A stretch of DNA of 64,000 nucleotides, taken from the NCBI GenBank assembly GCA_951406725.2, contig OX597843.1:20584001-20648000 (forward strand), read 5' to 3'. Shown in pieces: positions 53,329 to 64,000 of the stretch. Position 1 is the first letter of the stretch. The number at the start of each line of letters is the position of its first letter. The notes beneath the pieces were generated by a model. The model searched no databases. It had not been told where the DNA came from and saw only the letters and a program-made list of their open reading frames with translations. Origin of the DNA: Octopus vulgaris (taxonomy: Eukaryota). A program made the position numbers and the translations under genes.

Positions 53329-54376
53329 AATACAGAAACAATGCAGACCTCTTCCTTGCGGCACAGAGAGTTTCACACCAAATGACGTAAAAGAAGGTAT
53401 GCAGTTGTAATTGCTGATGTTTTTTTCGAAATGAAGCAGACTCTTGGTAATTTTCTCAGACAAACGCTTCAATGTCTGAGGGTTTTAGTTGCAGTGGAGG
53501 AAAATTCACTTTATTATTGTGACTGAACATGAAGTTTTCATATTTAAAGTTCAGTGCACCACAATACTCGCAATATAAGTACATATCACCAATACGATAG
53601 GTTCGTTTAGGATTATTGTGTCTGTTCAGTGGTAGTCCATGTCTTCCTTCACGCATTCGTTGCACCTGTTCATCTCGCAAACATAACACCTGTTCAGCAT
53701 TCATACTTGCAACTCCATCTTGATGTCTCTCTGCTTGACCTTGGAGAAAGCAGCCCTTTCCAAATCATCCATATTCTCCCTTCTCTGTTACATTACGCTT
53801 TTCTGTTGGTCCTGATACTGCGCACGCTGCATATCATTCATGTTTTCCATTCTCCGCAGAAATATCAATCTTTGTTGTTCCTTGTACTGTGTTTGTTCTT
53901 CCTCATCCTGTCTTCTACCTTGGTCTCACATTCTCTCTCACTACAAATCTGCCTTGCGTTTCTCTTCATCTATTGCAGATCGTCTCATTCGTTGGTACCA
54001 TTTGTCCCTTTCTCTGATTTCTTACCGCTGTTCTTCTCTTATCTGCTGCCTGTAGTGCCTAACCCTCTCGCGAGTAGCTTCTAATCTTCTTTATCTATCC
54101 ATTGTTCAGTCAAGTTTTGTAATTTGCTTATTTCATAAGCACAGCATTGGAACGAGGACCAAATAGCCGTAAACTGTGAATTTCTATCTCGCCGTAGCAG
54201 AAGCACAACCAACGGCAGAATGTATGAGAAGTAGTAACAACATAAACCGGGATCTTGTTGAGATGGAATTTACTGTGTGTCCAACTTTATTTTTATTGAA
54301 ATATATATATTTTAATTATAACGTGTATTTTTCTTAATTGTAATAAATATATATATATATATATATATATATTTAG

Positions 54377-54441
<65 letters not shown>

Positions 54442-55096
54442 TATATATATATACGCCTTACATATGACACTGTAAATAAGTGTGAATATTTAACAGAACT
54501 GCAGGTATGAGCATACGTTAAGTGATAGGGGATATAAAATACTTAGTTCAATTCAAAAGTTACTTTGCATTATGCACTCACAATTACCACTTCCACCACA
54601 ACCACTACCACCGTCTCTCACTCCCCTTTCTCTCATTTTTTACAGTTTATCTATCTATTTATTTATCTACCTCTCTGCCTTCCTTTAATCTCACCATCAG
54701 AACATCACCGCTCTGCTAAGATTATATTCGTAACCCTCCTCAATATCAGTACCTTCAACTAACTTTTCATCACGTAATAAATATTACGTTCCCCAGACCA
54801 CATGTCCTCTTCCTCTTTTTCTCCCTCGCTCTTTTTTCTCTCCCCTTTTCTACCTCTCCCTCTCTTTCTGCCCCACTCTTCGACTTACTATCGTTTTCTC
54901 GTTCCTTTTTCTTTCTCTTGATCTCTCATTCCATTCAACTAATCACGTGAAAACATTACAATCACGCTCCTTCTACCTCAGGTCATGGACATTTCTCTCT
55001 CGCTCTTTTTCGTTCTCCCTCTTTTTCTCTAATCACGAGAAAGCGTTACCGACGGACTAATTAAGATAATGACAAGCAGAATGAATTATTATAAGA
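53329..55096 (-). mobile_element. Duplicated Helitron 5' region
   Basis: RIGDMYLYCEYCGALNFKYE...KVNFPPL; terminus ATAAGAT at 55091-55097. Confidence 0.85.
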
Positions 55097-55352
55097 TCAG
55101 AAATATTATATTCAAGTTTTCTTCATGACAGACTCCTTCGTTTCCTCCTTATTTTTTACATCATTCTTTTCTTCAGCTCCGACATTTTCTGCCACTTCTC
55201 TTATTGTTGTTTTAATGTTGTTACTGTTGTTGTTGCTCATCATTATCATCATCATATTCTTCTTCTTGTTCTTCTGTTTCTTCCACCTCCTCCTCCTCCT
55301 CCTCCTCCTTCTTGTTGTTCTTGTTCTTCTTCTTCTTCTACTACTACTACTC

Positions 55353-55391
<39 letters not shown>

Positions 55392-55670
55392 TCGTTGTTT
55401 CCTTCTTCGGCCTATTCTTCATCATCAACTTTCTCTTATGTTAGTCATCTTCTTCATAATAAGATCACGATATGTCATCCAATGTCATTTCCACAAACTA
55501 AATGTCTCTCTTATCTTCTTTATTTACCCTCATCCTTCTACAATTCATATTGTCTTGCAACTTGTGTTTGCCTGTGTGTAAGAAAGTGGGAATATATGTG
55601 AGGGCTGGAAGTGAGTGTGTGCGTTTATACATCAGGGTTTGATAAGGTATATATAGGTGGATGTGTGTAT

Positions 55671-55732
<62 letters not shown>

Positions 55733-56043
55733 TGTTGTTGTATTTAGGAATGCTCATTTTTCCATTTTAGCCAATAAAAACAGACGCACTATATATTTGG
55801 TGTTACATTGCTTCAGCGTTATTTATTTTTTACATTAAGCTTAATCTTATTTCAAACGTATATAAACAGGATATACAAATATTACAGGAACTTCCCTCAC
55901 ACACACACACTAATTAAACATAGACACATATAGAGGTATACCCATATAGAGGTATGAAGACACATAAAATAAAAGTACAAAATACAAAACGGCTGACCTT
56001 TGGTAAGGAGAGAGACACAAATAAGAAAGAAGAAAGCAAAGGA

Positions 56044-56083
56044 TCACTGATGAGGTCACTGGAGTGTGACGAAAGAACTCTGG
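56044..56083 (+). ncRNA. Minimal hammerhead (paralog of 10405)
   Basis: TCA-CTGATGA-G-GTCAC-tggagt-GTGAC-GAAA-GAAC-TC-TGG, inside inverted-repeat element 55734-56204. Confidence 0.7.
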
Positions 56084-56262
56084 CGAAAGAAGATTAAGAT
56101 TAATGTAAAAAATAAATAACACTGAAGCTAAGTAACACCAAATATATAGTGCGTGTGTTTTTATTGGCTAAACTGACACAATGACCATTCCTAAATACAA
56201 CAACATCTCTTTCAACAAACGATTTCACATCAAAATTCGTGCAAAACAAATACATAAACGCG

Positions 56263-56322
<60 letters not shown>

Positions 56323-56551
56323 GTGTTTGTTTGATGTGTGACTATAGTATTTGTATTTATATTCTTTTATTCTCACTTGTTTCCCCATTCTGATATTCCA
56401 CGTTATTTTTCTTGTCTTAATATATCTTCTTTTCCTGCATTTATCGTCTTCTTCACAACTTTTTCTCTACATTCATCTTGTTCATCATTTTCTGGTTCTT
56501 CTGCTTTTAATTTTTTCAACTGATATCTCCTCTCTTCATGAATCATTTTCG

Positions 56552-56728
56552 CTTCTTCTTCTTCTTCTTCTTCTTCTTCTTCTTCTTCTTCTTCTTCTTC
56601 TTCTTCTTCTTCTTCTTCTTCTTCTTCTTCTTCTTCTTCTTCTTCTTCTTCTCTATATTTATCCGTTCTATGATTTATTTTCCTTCACCTTCGTTATTCT
56701 TATCAATTTCTAATTTTTCATCACAATT

Positions 56729-56759
<31 letters not shown>

Positions 56760-56784
56760 CGTCGTCGTCGTCATCATCATCATC

Positions 56785-56816
<32 letters not shown>

Positions 56817-56838
56817 CATCGTCGTCGTCATCATCATC

Positions 56839-56869
<31 letters not shown>

Positions 56870-57060
56870 TCATCGTCATCATCATCATCATCATCATCAT
56901 CATCAGTATCATCATCATCATCGTCGTCATTATCATCATCATCGCCATCATCGTCATCATCATCATTGTCATCATCATCATCGTCGTCATCATCATTATC
57001 ATCATCATCATCATCATCATCATCTTCATCATCGTCGTCGTCATCATAATCATCATCATC
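56552..57060. repeat. (CTT)n and expanded (ATC/GTC)n microsatellites
   Basis: Directly visible. Confidence 0.95.
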
Positions 57061-57349
57061 TTCAACGCTATTATATTCATACTCCTTCTGCTAATCATAT
57101 TTTCGTATTCACTAATCGTTATAATTTATCATGTCATCATAACTATTTCCTTCCCTCATTTACTCTGCTATTTCCAGCATGCAGAATCATCATCACCTTC
57201 GTTATGAACATCATAATAATCAACGTCTTCATCACCAATTAATCGGTAGCATTTTTCATCATTTTCGATAATAATCATCATCATTATCCCCCGAATCCTC
57301 CTCACCGTCCTTATTACAACATTTACAATCAACATCGCAGTCCTCCTTC

Positions 57350-57380
<31 letters not shown>

Positions 57381-58689
57381 TTCGGCCATTCTCTCCTTCA
57401 CCGTCCTCTTTTTATTAATATGATTCTAAAGATAGAAGAATTAATATTTTATAAGAAATCTTTTTAATACTCATTCTTTTGATCTGTGTATTATGTTTCA
57501 GACAACTCGCTAACAATATAATCACAACCATCCCACAAGGAGCCTTTCAAAACCTTCAAAGTTTAAAGAAAATGTAAGTTGGTTAAGTTTTTTGATATTA
57601 TTTTCTTTACGAATTTTTTCTGGGAACTTGATGTCTTCTCATCTTCCTTTTTCTCTTTCTATCTCTAACTAATGTTCTGCTACTATTTTCATGTTAGAGT
57701 GTGTATGAAGGTGTCTATGATTGTTTGTGTCTGTATGTGTCTACATAAATGTCTAACATTTTGTGTATGAGTGTACAATTGCACGTGAATATCTACAGAC
57801 AGTTTGCATTATTGTTCATGCCTATTTTTTCATGAATTTGTGTTTGAATGGTTTTCTTTAGTGCTGAACCTCAATAGCCCAGCATCGTATTTAATTGCAA
57901 TCTGCCTTGATAAGAAGTGGATGTTGGATGATTTTCTCCAGCTGAACTAAAGTCTGTTCATTCACATTAAAATACCCTGGAACTAATGCTCGCTGTGGCC
58001 ATTATTTCATTACCCGATCTTTACACCAGACCTTTAATAAAATAATCGATAAGCCATAATAGACATTCGTACTACATTTCCCAATATATTTCCCTGAAAT
58101 ATTTAGGAAAATAGTGAACATTGAGTGTTTGGGTATCTTAAAATCTAGATGTGATGCTAAAAATGGATTCCACATTTGAATTCAGAAAAATTATTTAATA
58201 GAGAGGTACTCTTCTATAGCTTGTTGTTGCATATGAGGACTTGATTTCAATTTCTGGTGGGAGTATCTCAAGACGATTGTGCAGTGGAGCATGTATGAAG
58301 TTATATGGCATACTTGTTTTGGAAGTTCATCTGATGATCATAATATTCCGGGATCAATTCCTGAAATGAGTGACGTTATAACTTAGATCAAGTCATTTCA
58401 TTTCACGTTGCATCAGTCTACTGAACTTTAAATAAAGTATCAACCGAGAGTTAGTTGTGATAGTTAGATACAAGGGTGGGCAATACGAAAGGATGTCAAT
58501 GTCAACTCGCGACTACTTCGATAGCTAAAACAGTTAGTAAAATTAAGGTGCATGTTATGAAGTCATAATCCATAACGAATTACGCCCAGTTATGAATGTG
58601 TGTTTTGAGAGAGTTTACTGTATGCGATAGAATGGGGAACAGCCTCTAAATATAGGGTTAGGGTTATGGTTAGGGTTTGAGTATGGTTA

Positions 58690-59080
58690 ATATGGATAAA
58701 ACATTGCCCTGGACCAAAAACGGATTGCACTTTGGCAAAGCATAACACCCATACTTCATTCAATTTACGCATAGAGATGAAGCCATAGGAAACAATATGA
58801 CAGGCGTAGTCTTCGTTTGAACCTCATTCATTCACCAACGGTAACATAGACATGATGTTTGACAGATGAATCTGTGTCATGTCAGTGGACAGAACCACCA
58901 TGTTTCCAAACGGTATTACTAGTGACGTCTTCAGACCTATCAAACGTAGGTGTTATTAAGCTACCGAATTGCGTAATTGACTTATACTAAAATCAGTTTT
59001 TCATCTCGCATCGATTATCGTTTGGATAACAAAGGGGCACATTAAACTGTGGAACATCTCACGGCGCAGATTTCGAAAAA
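58690..59080 (+). mobile_element. Highly decayed Tc1/mariner-like transposase remnant
   Basis: Across frameshifts reads HPYFIQ and TDES..HVSGQNHH, resembling HPYKIQ and FSDEA.F.L.G.VN.HN. Confidence 0.4.
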
Positions 59081-59835
59081 TAATCTACAGAGCTAAGCTG
59101 AAATCTCATCTGAAAGGAAGTGTCTCCAGGGCCCTTGTTACAGTCTCCTTCGACTTCTTCAACTTGAGCAACAAATAAAAATCACAGGGCGGGACATTTG
59201 CATAATGTATTCATACAGGTTTTTTTCTACGTTTCGTGTCTTTTCTGTCCATTAGAAGAATCACGAAGGATCTGTGGATCAGAGAGAGAGAGCATTTATT
59301 TGAATATATATACATGTACATACACACACACACACTAACATATACATATATAAATGTTTATAACAAATAACATTTTAACGAGTATATCTTCAAGTTATAA
59401 GTCTATATATATATAGAGAGAAAGAGAGTGAGAGAGAAAGCGAAACAGAGAATGAAAGAAAGAAAGAATGAAAGAAAGAAAGAAAGAAAGATTGAGAGAG
59501 AGACAGAGAGAATTAAGATTTTGAATATACAAATTCAATCGCATTATTATCATTATTAGACTGTATATCTACGTCAACAAAAACTAAACTGTTACATCGG
59601 TTGGGACCTAAAGGTCATTTAGCATAAAACCTACCATCTGAAGAGACCAGACTTGCCATTCGCTATCTGCTTTGATATTATATCCCTTCTCTTAATATAC
59701 ATATATATATTAATAGTAGCGGTATACCAACAAAAGAATGAATGGGACCTCAGTATTATGTAAATAGAGGAATGTATCTGTAACATGTTATACCCCACAT
59801 GTCAAGATCTGTAATTCGGTTTTTGAATGCATACG

Positions 59836-59882
<47 letters not shown>

Positions 59883-60524
59883 ACAGGCTTCTTTCAAACT
59901 GAAAGTATTATCTCGCATGACAATACAGACGTAATACTGAAATAGTGTAAGAGATAAAAGATTGCTCTGGGCTCGCATTAGGCAAGAAGTTGGAAATTCT
60001 TTTGCCCATGACACTGCATGGACCTTGGTTTTCTATTTGACATCTGTTGCTTTAAATATTTTATTTCGATTTTATGTATATATGTATGTATATATTTATG
60101 TATGAGCCAATGAAGCAGACCTCTTCAATGTAGCTAGGGGAATAGCAGCCAAATCTCCCTCAAAAACACTACCCATTATGTAGTTTGAATGAGAAACTGT
60201 AACTAAAGGTTAAGGTTATTAACCCCAAAATGTTACCTGTTTTAATAGCAATCGATCTTTTCTCTTTTTGGCGTAGTTTTTCATGTCAGCTGCAAAAGTG
60301 AAGAGGGTTAACTTGGACGGTGTAAAGTAGTGGAGATGTTTGTTTATTGTATGTGGTGGTTACTTTTGACTGTTTCTTCTCCATAAGGATAAATGATTGA
60401 AAACTAATCTTAACACAATATATATACAACTTCAAGTGGAATCGGACATCATAAGAGAGACAGAGAGAGAAAAGAAGAGAGAGAATAAGTAGCAAACTTT
60501 ATAAAAAAAAGTAATGAGTTGGAT

Positions 60525-61025
60525 TTGAAGGATATCCGTTTGCAATCCAGGAACAGGAAATATCAACCAAATACCTGATGCACAAAAGGGACAAAGATGC
60601 AGGCAAAGATGCAGGTAAAGCGTGACAGCCGATGCAGATTACGTGGCGGTAACACCGAAGATATCACCCATATTACAAGCAGTTGTCCGAAAATGCCATC
60701 ATGATTTAATCTACCGATGTGACATGATGTAGCTAGGACACTGTATAATGAAATCCGTCGGAAGGATAATTCCAAATATAAATAAATAAAATCCCACAAT
60801 ATGGTGCAAGCTAAAACCGCTACCAATAAAATGGAGTGCTGCCGGAATGTCCCAGGGTAAATCCCAATGTAATGTAAACATAATAGACCTGACATGGTGA
60901 TTTGGGATTGAGGAGAGAAACTGTGTACACTTGTGGAAATCAGCTGCCCAGTGGATGTTAACATGAAGCTAAAGATCAACGAAAAAGAAAATACCTTCGT
61001 TGAACTACTGAGTAATCTGCAGGAA
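60525..61025 (+). mobile_element. R4-like REL fragment (paralog of 27840-28325)
   Basis: Same motifs, including HNRPDMVIWD. Confidence 0.8.
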
Positions 61026-61330
61026 TTCTTCATTTCATCGTCATCCCATTGTTCTCCTGCTATTCTTTTTCATCTGAATTGTTAGAATATTCAGTGATAA
61101 TATCAATATCAACATTCTCATCCGTTTTCTCGTCATATTCATCCTCATTATCATGACAACCTTCAACATCGTATTTATGATCAACATTATCGCTGTCATC
61201 ATCATCATCATCATCTTCGTCATCATCAGCACGATCATAATATTGATTGTCATCATCGTCTCACCCTTCTCTCTCATTGTCCTCTTTTCTCACTTTATCT
61301 GATTCTTAATACTCAACATTTATTATTTCA

Positions 61331-64000
61331 GTAGCGGGTTCCATGAATATTCCACGGAATTAATAATAAAACTTTTCGGTGACTCCTGAAAAATTTATCC
61401 AAAAAATCTGAAAGCGTAGACTGTGTTGTGTGTGTATGAAAAGAATGTTTCTCATCTGCTATTCAATGAAAATTGAAGGAAACTGAAATACGATGATTAC
61501 TTAATGCACTTTATATATGTACTTTATATACTTCATGTACGATGTTATAGACTTAATACACAGCAATCATAAAATAAATATTTAATATTTTTTCCATTTA
61601 CCCCATAGAGAGAAAAAAATTACATTTTAAATTTTACATGGTCACAAATTCATATCAAGAAAACAAAAATATTTTATAGTAAAAAAATGATTTTATAGGT
61701 AAAAGATAGGGTTGAAAATTTAATGCAACATGGCATCGTCTGAAAGCCACATCGTTGGTAGTTCATAAGAAAGGCGGTGCATCAGAGCTTATATATATTT
61801 CAATTTGCGTACACCTTTCAATCCAATACTTCGTTACAGATTGTGTTGTTCGCGTAACCTCTCCCTCTTCTTTTCCTTGTTTGTCAGTGTTGATAACTTT
61901 AACTTTATATCAGATAATGTTTGTGAGCCCTTGGGAAACAACATATAGCTGACCATTAATAGGCACGCAGGTTCAGGCAAGAATAGCTCCAGTTTATCAA
62001 ATGTCTGCCCATGTGATTTATTGATAGTCATTGCAAATGTCAAGCGAACGGGATTTGGTTTCTTAGTACCAGCCTTATTCTGTGAATGAGAATACGTCTC
62101 CCGATCAATGTGCCACTTATTATTGAGGCTTCAATCGAGTTTTGATGGAGGGCCTCCACTTCCCGTCTTGTTCCTTTATAGAGACCATTTTCAGTTGAAA
62201 TATTCCTGAAGAGCATTAGTATGGAGTCAGGTTTCAAATGCAATCTAGGAGGTGGCATTCCAGATGGTGTCCATGAAATCAGAAATTCCAGTGGATATCG
62301 CTCAGCTTCAGCAGGTCATCTGTGAAGACCTTATCCATGCTGTAATAAAAGCACTGGTCCCCTGGGAGTTTATCCATAACCCCTTCGTTTATCTTTAAGC
62401 AGTCTGAACCTTTTAGAGAGAGGATCACTCTACATGTTCTTTGTTCTTGAGAGGCATTGCCAAAAGGCATCATTTATCAACGACCCATTAAAGCATAAAT
62501 CACGTAGTACGTTTACATCATCACTGACTCACTTGGATCTTGCATAAGAGTTATGGTGCCATTGTCATAGTGTAGTGGCCATGTTGCGAATTGTCTTCGA
62601 TCTGTTATTGCTCTATTTTGGCTCAAAATATAAATGTCTGAAGTGTAACCAGAGAGGAGAGTTCTTAATGGAGATCTGAATTACTGCCTCACGAGTTCCT
62701 CTTGGCAATATTGGCAGAACTTGCCTGAAGTCTCTACCAATGAGCACAACTTTTCAACCGAAATCTTCATTGTTGCCAGTGATTTCTTTCAGAGCTTTGT
62801 CATTAGCAGGAAAAGCATACAGAGTGATCATGGAAGCCTGATCTATAATAATCAAATACAAATTTCTCAAATAATTTCTGGTCAGAGCTGGGTGGTACAT
62901 TGCAAAAGCTAGTTTCCAACAGAGGAACGGGCAATTTGAGCAAACTGTGCACCGTCCTTCCACCAGACATCAATGTTGAAGCTATGCCTCTGCACGCACC
63001 ACTTGATAGTTTCTCCTTCGTAGATGTGAGATCAGCGTATTAAATATGTAATTCTTGTCCCAACCTCCAGGAACCTCTGCATAGAAGCAGGAACATTCCA
63101 GCACCTCACCTCACCTTTTATCATCAACTGTCTTCAATGACTGCATCAGCGATCACTCTCTGTTCATCGGTAACGGTTGCAATGCCGGGGTGGTTCATGT
63201 CATGTTTATACCCTACCCGTTACACTCGAACTGGTTCAGACAAGCCAATATTAAGACCGCTAATGCCAATTTCAATTTGCATAGAATTTATAGAGTGTAG
63301 AGTATGCATTCAAACCTCGCTGAGCATAATCTACCATCATGGTATTCTTGTGAGTGTTCCTCAGGCGAAGGACATTTGAATGATTTGAATAGGTGCAAAG
63401 GACAACAAACGTGATACGCGGCTGAAATGCCATCCGATATGCAGCACCTTTAGTATGGCATGTTCCAACATCACATAATTTTGGAGAAGACCAAGTCATA
63501 TGTACGCATCTTTAAATCTTGCATAGATTTCACCTCCTACAGTGCTCACTTCTCAAAGCTCTTAGTACCTGGAACATCCAAAATAGCAATCGTAAATGAA
63601 ATGTTTCTACGTCCTTAGGACTCACTGTGTTCATTCTGCTGCCGATGTTATTGTTTCTTCTCCCCAGTGTTCACGATCGATCTCTGTTCTTGAGTAGGTT
63701 ACTGAGTGTTACCTCTGTGAAAGCACAGTCTCTCCTGGTCTCCAAATTGAACTGCTAGTCTGTAAACAGTGTGAGAGGAGTCATGCAGCTTGTATTGAGA
63801 TATTCTCCACATGGCTTTAGGAGGTGAAACGTATCGACATGCAAAATAATTTTGTTGGAGTCCAACTTGTGCTGCGATCCCATTATTGCGCCTCCAGTTC
63901 TATGGATATCCATTATTATTTAGTAGTATCTCACTTCTGTAGTTCTTGGGAAACAATTTGGGGCATTAGCTATTGATACATGTGTCTCTCCTTTATATCC
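61331..64000 (-). mobile_element. Degenerate Helitron (3' end, helicase, Rep C-terminal part), running to the window edge
   Basis: FAMTINKSHGQT, IIIDQASM, 3' hairpin at 61339-61359. 63540-63950 is homologous to 1990-2735. Confidence 0.88.

Larger units (their letters stand above)
49720..57795 (+). repeat. Segmental duplication block B1
   Basis: Paralog of 1-11945 lacking ~1375-4990. Confidence 0.9.

Noticed and set aside
56538-57242. 234-aa poly-His ORF
   Set aside because: An (ATC)n expansion; the tract length differs strongly from the paralog at 11120-11220.
58654-58690. TTAGGG-like repeats
   Set aside because: Only about four degenerate units; not a telomeric array.

Overview
This is AT-rich, microsatellite-dense eukaryotic DNA with no convincing host gene. 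The SINE families resemble those I recognise from octopus, so a cephalopod is likely (inference). The window is almost entirely nested, decayed transposons: Helitrons (one split by a Gypsy element with a TSD), a solo LTR, three Penelope-like elements (PLEs), HERO-, R4-, RTE-, L1/Tx1- and CR1-like LINE fragments, Tc1/mariner remnants and tRNA-derived SINEs. A large diverged duplication covers about 1-11.9 kb and 26.8-30.8 kb versus 49.7-57.8 kb and 60.0-63.5 kb. The main hidden signal is a set of type I hammerhead ribozymes (HHRs) in small non-coding PLE-associated elements. The best is a recent 491-nt retrozyme-like monomer at 14760-15514 whose partial tandem copy starts exactly at the predicted self-cleavage site. 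A second family carries the compensatory U3-A8 core variant. All alignments and folds were done by eye.
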